Virus record (IMG/VR): IMGVR_UViG_3300032225_001614
Span: 1-63,971 of that record
Length of the DNA stretch: 63,971 nucleotides
Source: a virus
Taxonomy: Duplodnaviria; Caudoviricetes
Reading direction: 5' to 3' (one strand)
Numbering within the stretch: position 1 is the first letter of the stretch; the number at the start of each line of letters is the position of its first letter. Under the pieces are notes generated by a model. That model was not told the DNA's origin, searched no databases, and saw only the letters and a program-made list of their open reading frames with translations. Positions 9,355 to 19,390 of this stretch are shown here, piece after piece. A program made the position numbers and the translations under genes.

Positions 9355-9559
9355 ATACATTGACGCAACATCTTGCTATGATTATATAGCAGCGGCTCAT
9401 TATGCGATTTCAGCCATTGACGGAATAGACGAGGTGATGCTAGAAAAAAAAGAAAAATCAAAGATAAAATTAATTCGTTCACGTTCTATCGCAATCATTT
9501 ATTCGGCTATTCTTGAATTGTACGAAGAGCGTTTTCCACCGATTGAAGAAACAACATAA
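9305..9559 (+). CDS. Hypothetical protein
   Basis: 84-aa ORF; TTG start uncertain. Confidence 0.55.
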   Translation: MLKIKDKSLKQEEEGFEYIDATSCYDYIAAAHYAISAIDGIDEVMLEKKEKSKIKLIRSRSIAIIYSAILELYEERFPPIEETT

Positions 9560-9594
9560 TTAATTATTTAAGTAGTAATACTACCTAAATCAAA

Positions 9595-9738
9595 CTATTT
9601 ATCAACTTCTATATTATATATAGGTGCTAATCCTCTCTTTATTTTACCACATTTACGACATCTCCAATCAGCAAAAGTTCCATATTTATATATACATCTC
9701 CATCTATGATGGCAAAAAATATGATTTAACCAAATCAT
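9595..9738 (-). CDS. Small Cys/His zinc-ribbon protein (DUF1660-like, not in ORF track)
   Basis: MIWLNHIFCHHRW...CRKCGKIK. Confidence 0.5.
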   Translation of the reverse strand: MIWLNHIFCHHRWRCIYKYGTFADWRCRKCGKIKRGLAPIYNIEVDK

Positions 9739-9752
9739 AAATAAAAAATTAA

Positions 9753-9785
9753 AAAAGCCCCTATTTAAAACAGGGGCTTTTATTT
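9753..9785. terminator. Rho-independent terminator, probably bidirectional
   Basis: AAAAGCCCCT...AGGGGCTTTT stem flanked by A and T runs. Confidence 0.75.
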
Positions 9786-10023
9786 AAGCATTTGACAATA
9801 AAGTAAGAGCAGTAACAGTTAAGCTTGATTGAAGAAAAGTTGAAACTTGATTCAATCCTGAAGGTAATACTTCAACAGTTGTGATATAAGTTGTTCCATT
9901 TAATACAAGTGGAGTCTTTAATGGATATGCTAAAAATGTATTAGTTGCCAAAGAAACTTGTCCTAATGGAATTGCAGTGGATTTTCTTCCTCTTGCTACA
10001 TAAATTGAAATATGATTTGCCAT
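9784..10023 (-). CDS. Small beta-rich protein, probable paralogue of 10056-10355
   Basis: Shared NG...GLNQ...T.LT.L.N pattern. Confidence 0.7.
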   Translation of the reverse strand: MANHISIYVARGRKSTAIPLGQVSLATNTFLAYPLKTPLVLNGTTYITTVEVLPSGLNQVSTFLQSSLTVTALTLLSNA

Positions 10024-10055
10024 TTTTTTAATTTTAATTTTGTTTTTTAATTGCT

Positions 10056-10355
10056 TTAAGGTGCAGTTGTAGTTGTAGTTGTAGTTGTAGTAGTAGGTTC
10101 TACAGTTCCATTAGCATAATTGTTAAGATTGGTCAATGTGTAAGTAGTATAAAATACTCTTGCCAATTGATTTAATCCTGGTGCTTGAAGGGTAATAGTA
10201 GAATTCATTAATACACCATTAACATAAATTCCTTGAGATGAAATGTCAAGATACTGTGTATTGCTAACGGGGAATGAATACAATACTCCTCCTGCTGGAA
10301 GATCATTGATACCTACTCTAAAAATAGGTGCATAAATTTGTGATGTTGTTGCCAT
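10056..10355 (-). CDS. Small protein with C-terminal poly-Thr tail, putative virion decoration protein
   Basis: Ends EPTTTTTTTTTAP; own promoter element TATATTTG (minus, 10398-10405). Confidence 0.7.
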   Translation of the reverse strand: MATTSQIYAPIFRVGINDLPAGGVLYSFPVSNTQYLDISSQGIYVNGVLMNSTITLQAPGLNQLARVFYTTYTLTNLNNYANGTVEPTTTTTTTTTTAP

Positions 10356-10468
10356 TTTTTTTATTTTTTATAGTTATTAAATGATTGTTTGGCGATTCAA
10401 ATATAATCAATAAAAATGTATCTCTAAAATTATTGTTATATTAAAAAAATTAATTTAATTTTGATTAT

Positions 10469-11155
10469 ATGAAATTAATTGCACCTTCTAACAAAGTAAT
10501 AATTAAAGTAGATATTGAAAGTAAAAATAGCCATACTTTCCAAGATGGAACTAAGATAAGGCTAGAGAGAGTTTACGATAATTTTAATATGCGTTATGTA
10601 AAGCCAGTAAATGCAATTGTTGTAGATGGCGGAGGTATGCCGAAGGGGGCAGAAGTGCTAATACATCATAACTCAACCCATGATACATATAGAATATTCG
10701 ATTATAGGTCTTTTACCGAAGAAGCATCATCCGAAGTGAAATATTATTCAATTCCAGAAGTAGAATGTTTTTTATGGAGAGAGGGTAATGGAGAATGGAA
10801 AGCATTAAACAATTTTGTTACTGCTCTTCGTGTTTTTAAGCCATATACAGGTTTTTTAGAAAACATTTCTCCAACTTTAATTAGTGATAAGCTATATATA
10901 ACTAGTGGAGATTTGAAAGGAAATGTTGTTTCTACATTAAAGGCATCTGACTATCAAATCATTTATCAGGGAAATGATGGTAAAGAAGAAAGTATGATAA
11001 GGGTAAGATATTTTGAGGATGGAAGCGATAGGAATGAAATTATAGCAATAGAGCATCATTTGACAGAAATGGTTGAAAGCGGTGAGCTTTTTGTTGGGTA
11101 CACAATTTCAGATGCAGCTAAATTAGTAAAATTAACAAGTGAAGTATGTCAATAG
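10469..11155 (+). CDS. GroES-like domain protein (possibly two tandem domains)
   Basis: N-terminal APSNKVIIKV...AIVV...KGAEVLIHHN layout; lies upstream of the terminase. Confidence 0.5.
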   Translation: MKLIAPSNKVIIKVDIESKNSHTFQDGTKIRLERVYDNFNMRYVKPVNAIVVDGGGMPKGAEVLIHHNSTHDTYRIFDYRSFTEEASSEVKYYSIPEVECFLWREGNGEWKALNNFVTALRVFKPYTGFLENISPTLISDKLYITSGDLKGNVVSTLKASDYQIIYQGNDGKEESMIRVRYFEDGSDRNEIIAIEHHLTEMVESGELFVGYTISDAAKLVKLTSEVCQ

Positions 11156-11541
11156 AAGAGTTAGAATTAAGGATTAAAGATTTAGAAAAGTCTAATTTAT
11201 ATTTAACTAATAAGTTAGATTATTATGAGCAAGATGGAGTAGGTAAATTGTATTATAGCCTTCAAAGAAAAGCCAATGAAATGGCTGATTTGTTAAATAA
11301 GACAAAGCTTACAGATGTTGATATTGATGATCCAAAAAATAAAACATTTGAAAGGCTGCAAAAGATTTGGGTAGATGCAGGGACTATTTCAAGTTCTATA
11401 AAATCTCTTGAAACTTTAGCCGGAATTAAAGATGAAGATGCTACTGATAAAATTGTTATTAAAGAAAAAGTAATAAATAGACCATTTTCTCCAGAAAGCG
11501 TTGCTGATGCGGTTGGCGAATTAGCAGGTAAAAGAATATAA
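11146..11541 (+). CDS. Putative terminase small subunit
   Basis: Helical 131-aa ORF directly upstream of TerL (positional inference). Confidence 0.45.
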   Translation: MSIEELELRIKDLEKSNLYLTNKLDYYEQDGVGKLYYSLQRKANEMADLLNKTKLTDVDIDDPKNKTFERLQKIWVDAGTISSSIKSLETLAGIKDEDATDKIVIKEKVINRPFSPESVADAVGELAGKRI

Positions 11542-11543
11542 TT

Positions 11544-13592
11544 ATGTACGAAAAGCTTGATAATGGCACAATAATAAACGTACAAGGGTTAGATTGCAAT
11601 CTTCCGCCAGAAGGATATGTTTATAATATATTAACTAAACAAGTAGAATTTAGGGGTGTATATAAGCGTTCTGAATTAAAAGAAGAGCAGTATTGGAAAA
11701 GGGTTCCACATCCATCTTGGTATGCAGATACTATGAAAAAGTGGGAAGAGTATGATAAGAAAAAGAAAGAAGAAGAGCCAGAATTTTACGATGAAAGACT
11801 AGAAGAGTATAAAAAACAAGAATGGGATAGAAGGTTAAATGGGTTTTGGTATATGAATAATGGCGTTCCGACTTTTTTAACAGGAATGCATTATTTGTAT
11901 TTGCAATGGTGGTCAATAGATATAGGTTATCCAAAATTTAGAGTTCCAGACCTTGAGAAGTTTTATTTTATGGATTATTGCATACAAGATCCGCTTTGTA
12001 TGGGCATGCTAGAGGTTACAAAAAGAAGATTTGGTAAGTCATTTGTAGCAGGGTTATTCGTAACTGAATATACTACTAGAACTAAAATGACTAATGGTGG
12101 CATTCAGTCTAAGACTGGTTCTGATGCTAAAAAGTTCTTTGCAAAAACAGTTGTTAATCCTTTTAGAAGGTTGCCAAAGTTTTTTAGACCTGAATATGAT
12201 ATGTCTTTAGGGGTGAATCCTAAATCAGAAATGCGTTTCCAAAAAACTAACGTAAGAGGCAAAAAAGCAGAAGAAAATATTGATAAAGATGAATTAGGTT
12301 CAGTAATTGACTATCAATCAGCCGATACAGTAGCCTATGATGGACAAAAACTACACAGATATATAGCAGACGAGTGTGGAAAAACCACTGAAGTAAACGT
12401 ATATGATAGACACGAGGTTGTACGTTATTGTTTATTAGATGATGAAGGTCAAATAATTGGTAAGGCATTATATACAACTACTGTAGAAAAGCTTACTACT
12501 GAAAAAGATGGTGTACAAGATGCATTTAAACTATTGTGGGAAGAAAGCAATCAAGATAAAAGAAAAGACAATGGAACTACATCAAGCGGATTATATAGAT
12601 TCTTTATGTCAGCCAAAAGAACTAGAAATTTTGATGATTTTGGCTTTCCAGATGAAAATAAAACTTTAGACCAAATTTTAGCAGATAGGGAAACAGTTAA
12701 GAATAATACTAGAGCATTATCGGCTCGTATTAGGAAAGAGCCACTAACTATTGATGAAGCATTTAGTACAGATTCAGATAAGTGTATATTCAATGCAATA
12801 AATATAGGAGAAAGAGAAGCTTATTTAAAGGAAAATCCTGTTATAAAAAGGCATTTATGGTTTTATAGAGATATAGACCAAACGGTAAGATGGAGAGAAG
12901 CAACAGACAAAGAGCAGGATTTCCATTGGGTTATTACGCAATTACCGCCGAAAGGAGAGGAGAATAAATTTACTTATGAGCTAAAAAACAAAAAGCCAGG
13001 AAGAGTAGAAGATGGAGCAATTGCTATTGATGGATATAGTAATAGTCAAGGTGGTAAGTTTGGCTCAAAAGCATCTGCTTGGATAGGTAGAAGATATAAT
13101 CTATTGAATCCCGAAAATACAGGGAAGCCGATAGGTCATTTATATGGCAGACCACAAATTAAAGAAACGCTACACGAACAAGTAATGTTAGCGGCTGAAT
13201 TTTATGGTTATCAAGCAACTTTTGAGCATAATAGTGATGATTATTTAGCTTATTTTAGAGAAAGAGGAAGGCTTCTTTACTTAGGTATATATCCAAAATC
13301 AGTTATAGATCCTGCAAAGTTTGAAACTACAGAACGGCATAAAGGATTTCCAACAACTCCGTTTAGTTTAAATAAACAAACAGATGCAGGTATAATGTAT
13401 TTTGAATACCATTGCGATTCGATAGACTTTGAAAATTTATTGGAAGATGCAAAGAAATTTGATCCTAATGATAGAAATGAATATGATATAACTGTATCAT
13501 TTTTAATGTTAATAATTCTATTAATGGAAACAACTCCTGTTAAGAAAAAAATAGAGCCATTAGTAAGAAGTTATGTTCCAAATTTAACTTAA
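11544..13592 (+). CDS. terL: Terminase large subunit
   Basis: Walker A KRRFGKS, Walker B YIADECGK, C-terminal nuclease AIAIDGY...YDITVS. Confidence 0.93.
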   Translation: MYEKLDNGTIINVQGLDCNLPPEGYVYNILTKQVEFRGVYKRSELKEEQYWKRVPHPSWYADTMKKWEEYDKKKKEEEPEFYDERLEEYKKQEWDRRLNGFWYMNNGVPTFLTGMHYLYLQWWSIDIGYPKFRVPDLEKFYFMDYCIQDPLCMGMLEVTKRRFGKSFVAGLFVTEYTTRTKMTNGGIQSKTGSDAKKFFAKTVVNPFRRLPKFFRPEYDMSLGVNPKSEMRFQKTNVRGKKAEENIDKDELGSVIDYQSADTVAYDGQKLHRYIADECGKTTEVNVYDRHEVVRYCLLDDEGQIIGKALYTTTVEKLTTEKDGVQDAFKLLWEESNQDKRKDNGTTSSGLYRFFMSAKRTRNFDDFGFPDENKTLDQILADRETVKNNTRALSARIRKEPLTIDEAFSTDSDKCIFNAINIGEREAYLKENPVIKRHLWFYRDIDQTVRWREATDKEQDFHWVITQLPPKGEENKFTYELKNKKPGRVEDGAIAIDGYSNSQGGKFGSKASAWIGRRYNLLNPENTGKPIGHLYGRPQIKETLHEQVMLAAEFYGYQATFEHNSDDYLAYFRERGRLLYLGIYPKSVIDPAKFETTERHKGFPTTPFSLNKQTDAGIMYFEYHCDSIDFENLLEDAKKFDPNDRNEYDITVSFLMLIILLMETTPVKKKIEPLVRSYVPNLT

Positions 13593-13625
13593 TTAAATAT
13601 TTTGACAAAATTGTAGGATATTTAT

Positions 13626-13633
13626 TATATTTG
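13626..13633 (+). promoter_or_regulatory. TATATTTG -7 promoter element; also at 20351, 27934, 38643, 49591 and 49972
   Basis: Exact match to the Bacteroidota TAnnTTTG consensus, repeatedly just upstream of gene starts. Confidence 0.7.
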
Positions 13634-13654
13634 ACACAATAAAATTGAGCAAAA

Positions 13655-16048
13655 TTGTCCGATAGCCCATTATACATAAGTGCAGGGAATAGTAGTGGTC
13701 AGTCAATGAAAGACTTCCAGATAACTACCGACATTGCGTCTAAGTCAGATTTTATATATGGAATGAGGGTTGCGCAAAATATTTATTCAACCATTTATGG
13801 TAATCAATCTTATTTCTGGATTAGAAATAATCGTTTTAGAAAGAATAGACAGATTGCTAATGGAAAGATTGATATGAGTGTTTTTCTTGACAGACTTGAA
13901 ATGAATGGCAAAAATAACTATGTAAATATTAATTGGAAATCAATTATTATTGGTAATACTATTGTTGCTAGAATAGTAAGTTCTTGGATGTCAAGAAGAG
14001 AAAAAATTTCTGTTACTGCTGTAGATCCTGCATCCGTTCAAATGAAAAAAGATGCAGCAGATGAAGCAGAATTTGTTTATCAAAATAAAGAAGTTTTAGC
14101 TCAATTGCAAGAAGAGTCGGGTGTTCAGATTATACCTAAAGACCAATTTATCGCTGAAGATAAAGATGATTTAGATAGATGGACAACAGAATTCAATCAT
14201 CTGCCTGAAGAAATAAAGTACAGCATGGGTTGTAATAATGTTTTTGAGGCAAATGGTTGGAACGATGTTTTAAAAGAAAGAATTCTACACGATTCAGCAG
14301 AAGTTGGATTGGTTTGTACATATACTTGGATGGATGAAGAAGGTGAAATTCATGTAGATTGGATTAGACCTGAAAATGCAATTTATTCATATTCTGATTA
14401 TCCTGATTTTAGAGATACTACTTATAGAGGTCATATCTTATCTATGAAGATAAGTGAATTAAGAGCTAGATATAGTATTGCTGCAGGCGGAAAATTAACA
14501 GAAGAAGATATTTTTAGGCTTGCTCAATCTTGTAAAGAATACCAATTAACTGATAAGATTAAGTGGATGCAAGATTGGAATGTTGCGTATTTAAGACCTT
14601 ATGATGAATGGAATATTGATTTAATGAACTTTGAAATAAGGACATTAGATTCAGATGGTTATACAGTTACAAAGACAAAAAAGAACGGAAGCACTATTAT
14701 CAAAAGAGGTAAACCTGAAAAGTTAGATGATAACCAACAGTACCTTGAAGAGAAAAAGTGGAATATATATAAAGGTGTTTATTGTCCTGTTACAAAGACA
14801 ATGCTTGAATGGGGTATAAAAAAGAATATGATTAGACCACAAGATCCAAAAGAAATTGGTAATGTGGAATTCTCATATAGCTTTTATATGTATCAGAACT
14901 ATGATATGCGAAATGTCGCTATCCCCGAAAAGATTGAAGAACCAATTGAGCAAATGATTTTAGCCCGTTTGAAGATTCAGCAAATGGTATCTAAAATGGT
15001 ACCAGCAGGAGCTTCAATTGATGTAGATGCTTTGCAAGAATTAGATTTAGGTCTAGGAGATTCTGTTAAACCTTTAGATGTTCAAAAGATTTGGGAGCAA
15101 ACTGGCAAACTTTATTATCGTGGTAGAGATGCCGAAGGAAATAGAATTCCTGTTCCAATTAATGAGTTGGCTAATTCAGGATTTGCTCCACAATTAAATG
15201 CATTAATTCAATTGTATCAATTCCATTATCAGGTACTGAAAGATGAATTGGGAGAAGATCCAAACTTAATGCAAGCAGCTTCTCAGCCAAGAGTAACTGC
15301 ACAAAACATAGCAACTTCTCAACAATTAGCAAATAACGCAACAGAATATATGTATGATGCATATATGTATGTAATGGAAGAAACAGGTAAAAAAGTTGCT
15401 TGTTTATTAAATAAAAGCGTTACTCATGGAGCTAAAAAATACAGAGAGATTTTAAAAGAAGAAGATGTAAAAGATAAAAACTTTGTAGCAAAAATAAATA
15501 TGTTGCCTACAGATATGGAAGTAGCAAAATTAGAAGCTATGATGAATAATGCTATAACATCTAATCCTCAATTGATTCTTTATATGGATCCTTTTAAGGT
15601 TATGAGAATAGCTAAAGAAAATGTTGAATTAGCAGAACTTTACTTTAGACAGGCTCAAAAGAAATATATAAAAACAGAGCAAGAAAACGCTACAACAAAT
15701 AGTCAGCAAAACGCTAAGATTCAGCAAGCAAGTATGCAAGCTAAAGCTCAGGGAGATTCTGCATTAGAAGATAAAAAAACGCAAGCCAAACAAAGAGAAA
15801 TTATTATTCAAGGTATGTTCGATTTAGCAAAAGCTAATATACCTTTACCACAGGAATTAATGCCGTTGGTTAATGAATTATTGCAAAGTATTGAAGTGCC
15901 TTTAGAGGTTCAAAATCAACAAATGATGCAAGCTATTCAGCAACAGCAACAACAAGAAGCCCAAGCTGCTCAACAAGAACAAGAGCAACAAGGTCAAGAA
16001 CAACAGGAACCGCAACAACAAGAACAACAAGAATTACAAACAGCTTAA
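13655..16048 (+). CDS. Portal protein (crAss-like)
   Basis: 797 aa directly after TerL; NINWK..I motif; Q-rich coiled-coil C-terminus; TTG start. Confidence 0.85.
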   Translation: MSDSPLYISAGNSSGQSMKDFQITTDIASKSDFIYGMRVAQNIYSTIYGNQSYFWIRNNRFRKNRQIANGKIDMSVFLDRLEMNGKNNYVNINWKSIIIGNTIVARIVSSWMSRREKISVTAVDPASVQMKKDAADEAEFVYQNKEVLAQLQEESGVQIIPKDQFIAEDKDDLDRWTTEFNHLPEEIKYSMGCNNVFEANGWNDVLKERILHDSAEVGLVCTYTWMDEEGEIHVDWIRPENAIYSYSDYPDFRDTTYRGHILSMKISELRARYSIAAGGKLTEEDIFRLAQSCKEYQLTDKIKWMQDWNVAYLRPYDEWNIDLMNFEIRTLDSDGYTVTKTKKNGSTIIKRGKPEKLDDNQQYLEEKKWNIYKGVYCPVTKTMLEWGIKKNMIRPQDPKEIGNVEFSYSFYMYQNYDMRNVAIPEKIEEPIEQMILARLKIQQMVSKMVPAGASIDVDALQELDLGLGDSVKPLDVQKIWEQTGKLYYRGRDAEGNRIPVPINELANSGFAPQLNALIQLYQFHYQVLKDELGEDPNLMQAASQPRVTAQNIATSQQLANNATEYMYDAYMYVMEETGKKVACLLNKSVTHGAKKYREILKEEDVKDKNFVAKINMLPTDMEVAKLEAMMNNAITSNPQLILYMDPFKVMRIAKENVELAELYFRQAQKKYIKTEQENATTNSQQNAKIQQASMQAKAQGDSALEDKKTQAKQREIIIQGMFDLAKANIPLPQELMPLVNELLQSIEVPLEVQNQQMMQAIQQQQQQEAQAAQQEQEQQGQEQQEPQQQEQQELQTA

Positions 16049-16060
16049 AATAAAAATAAA

Positions 16061-16696
16061 ATGGCAACATCAGTAAGTAAGCTATTAATTAGACTTCAAA
16101 AATTCAGTTCAAAAATTAGTACGCTTGTAGATGCTACCGCATCATTCAATCAAGGCGGTTTTTATATACAAGATTTATCTGGATGGGATTCAGCAGTTGT
16201 ACAATTTGGAACTATTACAGATGGCCCGATTGAATTTTATACAACAAATGATAATGGAGCATTATCTCCTTCTCAATTATTACCTGCTCCACAAGTTCCT
16301 GCAAATTTTTTACAAGTAAAAGGTATTGACTTATCCACAAAAGGAGATGTTTTAGTTGCTAGTAATGATTCTATAATTGAATTTGGTATAATTGGAAAGT
16401 ATTTATCATTAGCAGGTGATACATTGACATACCCATTGAGTTATGCTTATGTTTTATCTAAAAATATTTACACTACCGCAGGTGAAGCGTATAATTTTGG
16501 AATAGTTCAAGGGACTAAAATAGTATATACTACAACAAATACATTGAGTACTTCAAATATATTATATGCTGATAGTAGATTGACGCAACCAATTTTTGGA
16601 GATGGCACAAATTGGTATGGTATAAAGTTATTAAATAATTCAGATTCTAAATATGCCATTACTATTGATGGTTCAGGTGCAATAATTATAGATTAA
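16061..16696 (+). CDS. Hypothetical virion protein
   Basis: Beta-rich ORF in the head module. Confidence 0.6.
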   Translation: MATSVSKLLIRLQKFSSKISTLVDATASFNQGGFYIQDLSGWDSAVVQFGTITDGPIEFYTTNDNGALSPSQLLPAPQVPANFLQVKGIDLSTKGDVLVASNDSIIEFGIIGKYLSLAGDTLTYPLSYAYVLSKNIYTTAGEAYNFGIVQGTKIVYTTTNTLSTSNILYADSRLTQPIFGDGTNWYGIKLLNNSDSKYAITIDGSGAIIID

Positions 16697-16711
16697 CCAA
16701 AATAAGCATTT

Positions 16712-17854
16712 ATGCAAGAAAACAATAACATGCCAAATTCTATCGAATTGGCAGAAGGCTACAATCCCTTTGGGGATGAAGCACCACAGGTGCAGCAAAT
16801 AAACACAGCAGAAGTAGCCCCTGCTAATGAAGAAGTACAAAATTCTAATTCTGAAGAGGAAAATGTACAACAATCTTCACCATCATTTGATCCAAATCAA
16901 TTTGTTAGAGAAAGATTTGGTTTTGATAGTGTAGAGCAAGCTGAAGAAGAGTTTAAAAGAGTAAAAGATTTTAAAGAGCCTGAATTTAGTTTTAAAGATG
17001 ATATTAGTAGAACCTTATTTGATGCAATTAGAGAAGGTAAATCTGATGAAATTTATGATATATTAAATCAGCAAAAAAAACTTGATAAATTAACTAGTGC
17101 AGAACTTAATCCTAGTCTTGCAGTTGATATTATCAAAACAAACATTCAAAATAAATATAAAGACTTAACTTCTGATGAAGTTGACCTTTTATTTTATGAA
17201 AGCTATTATACCCCTCAAAAGCCAGAACAAGGGTATGATGAAACTGATGAAGATTATGCAACAAAATTAAAAACTTGGCAATCTCAAGTAGATTATGTTG
17301 ACAAGAAAATGATTATTGATGCAAAAGTAATTAGACCAGAGCTGGCAAAATTAAAAAGTGAATTAAAGTTACCAGATATTTATGGACTTGAGCAGCAAGA
17401 AGCTCAATCGCAAGAGGAATTTGCGATTGCACAACAAGCTCGGTCAGTCTATGAAAGAACACTTGATTCTGAATTCCAATCATTTAGTGGATTTAAAGTT
17501 TCGGTTAAAGACGAGGAAGTTGATATACCGATTTCATTTAATGTAGCTGAAGATGAAAGATTGGCAATTAAGAATACGCTTTCTGATTTCGATAGCGATA
17601 TTTATTTTGGGGATAGATGGTTTACCGAAGATGGCAAACCAAAAGTTCAGCAAATAATGGCAGATAAATATCTGTTAGAAAATCGTGATAAAATCTTACA
17701 GAAAGTGGCAAATGAAGCAGCATCTCAAAGATTGTTGGCTCATTTAAAAAAGACGGGTAATATTAATTTAAACCAAACAACTCCACAAGGAACTCCTACA
17801 CCAAATGCTAATGCCGAAAGGGATAGATTAGCAGCTTGGGCGTTTAGTGTGTAA
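16712..17854 (+). CDS. Putative scaffolding protein
   Basis: Acidic, helical protein immediately upstream of the MCP. Confidence 0.6.
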   Translation: MQENNNMPNSIELAEGYNPFGDEAPQVQQINTAEVAPANEEVQNSNSEEENVQQSSPSFDPNQFVRERFGFDSVEQAEEEFKRVKDFKEPEFSFKDDISRTLFDAIREGKSDEIYDILNQQKKLDKLTSAELNPSLAVDIIKTNIQNKYKDLTSDEVDLLFYESYYTPQKPEQGYDETDEDYATKLKTWQSQVDYVDKKMIIDAKVIRPELAKLKSELKLPDIYGLEQQEAQSQEEFAIAQQARSVYERTLDSEFQSFSGFKVSVKDEEVDIPISFNVAEDERLAIKNTLSDFDSDIYFGDRWFTEDGKPKVQQIMADKYLLENRDKILQKVANEAASQRLLAHLKKTGNINLNQTTPQGTPTPNANAERDRLAAWAFSV

Positions 17855-17902
17855 CTTAAATATCGCCACTGGAAAAGGCATTAAAACAAAAATTTAAATA
17901 AA

Positions 17903-19312
17903 ATGGCTGGAATACCTACATCCAATATCCTGCAGCCGGGTTCGATATCCCTGCAGACTCAGAATAGGCAACTTATGGTTGACCTACAATTATTGACACC
18001 TCAGTATTATAAGCAATATACCGAGAAGTACGGAAATGAAGATTTTACATTTTGGTTAGCAGCTCACGCTGGTATGGAAGAAGTGAAAAATCAGAATTTC
18101 TTTTGGTTTGAAAATAGAGGTAAATTAATGCCTGCTGTTACAAATAATGCAACAGTATCTGCAGGAGTTGGCGCAACCGTTACTCTTACTTTAGGTTCTG
18201 AAGCATATTATAATAATGGTACTCAAAGTCCATTAAGGGTTAAAGAAACTTTGCGTATTGCTTCTTCTAATGTAGAAGGTGTTATCTTGTCTATTGATAG
18301 TTCAGTTCCAGGAGCATTTACATTTAATGTAGCTCCTAAAGAAACTAATCAAAGATTTGCTTCTGCTGGATCTAATAACTTGTTAGCAGGTGAAGTTTTA
18401 TTATTTGGTGGTGATGTTGATGCTGGTGAAGCTTCTCAACAAATCAATCCTTTGATTCCTTTGGATCAAAAATATAGCAATAACATTACTGAAATTAGAG
18501 ATGGTTGGAGTAATACAGATTTAGCTCAAATGGCTGAAACTTATTATGAATTCCCTGTTTCTGCTGATATGGCTGCTAATGGTGTAACTGCGTTTACTTA
18601 TAAAGGAATGTACAAGACTCTTGTTCGTTTCAAGAATAACGTAGAAGCTAAGTTAATGCGTGGTAACTACCAAAATAACACTGCAATCAACAATTCAGTA
18701 GGTACTGTAGGTATTATCCCTAAAGTTGTAGCTGATGGTGAAACTGTAGGATATACTCCTGGTACACTTGATATTGCAAAATTGCATGAAATCACTCGTA
18801 TTATGGATGTTAATGGTTGTGCTAAACAATCTGCTTGGTTAACTGATATTTTCCAAAGACAAGATTTCAGCGATGGTATCTTTGCGGCTTATCCTGCAGG
18901 TGCCTTTGTTTATGGACAAGGCGAAAAATCAAAAGAGGCTTCTGTTTCTTATGGTTTCCAAGAAATCTTTATTGATGGATATTTATTATCTGTTAAAAAA
19001 TATTCCCAATTCAATACTGAAGTAACTACAGGTTTAACACCTCAAAATGATTACTTCCGTAATTTTGGTCTTATTTATCCAATGGGTGAAACTAAAGATA
19101 GCCGTACTGCTACTACTTACAAGAATATTACAATCATGTATCAAGAGCCGCCTAAAGGTGGAACTGTTGGTAATGGTATTCGTGTATGGCAATATGGTGG
19201 TGGTTCTCCAAACCCAACTGACGGTACAATGACTAACCAAATCGCTATGATTACATATCGTGCGACTCGTGTTTGTGCTGCAAATCAGTTCATCATTGTT
19301 CAAGGAAGCTAA
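17903..19312 (+). CDS. Major capsid protein
   Basis: 469 aa; position after scaffold; FFWFENRG and GIIP...G motifs; CGT/GGT/AAC-rich codon bias; followed by a strong terminator. Confidence 0.85.
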   Translation: MAGIPTSNILQPGSISLQTQNRQLMVDLQLLTPQYYKQYTEKYGNEDFTFWLAAHAGMEEVKNQNFFWFENRGKLMPAVTNNATVSAGVGATVTLTLGSEAYYNNGTQSPLRVKETLRIASSNVEGVILSIDSSVPGAFTFNVAPKETNQRFASAGSNNLLAGEVLLFGGDVDAGEASQQINPLIPLDQKYSNNITEIRDGWSNTDLAQMAETYYEFPVSADMAANGVTAFTYKGMYKTLVRFKNNVEAKLMRGNYQNNTAINNSVGTVGIIPKVVADGETVGYTPGTLDIAKLHEITRIMDVNGCAKQSAWLTDIFQRQDFSDGIFAAYPAGAFVYGQGEKSKEASVSYGFQEIFIDGYLLSVKKYSQFNTEVTTGLTPQNDYFRNFGLIYPMGETKDSRTATTYKNITIMYQEPPKGGTVGNGIRVWQYGGGSPNPTDGTMTNQIAMITYRATRVCAANQFIIVQGS

Positions 19313-19333
19313 TTAGTAACCTTATATTTATCG

Positions 19334-19370
19334 GGTAGTGGCAACTTTATTGATTGCCACTACCTATTTT
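19334..19370 (+). terminator. Rho-independent terminator after the MCP
   Basis: GGTAGTGGCAA...TTGCCACTACC stem followed by TATTTT. Confidence 0.8.
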
Positions 19371-19390
19371 AAACAATTAAAACCCATTTT

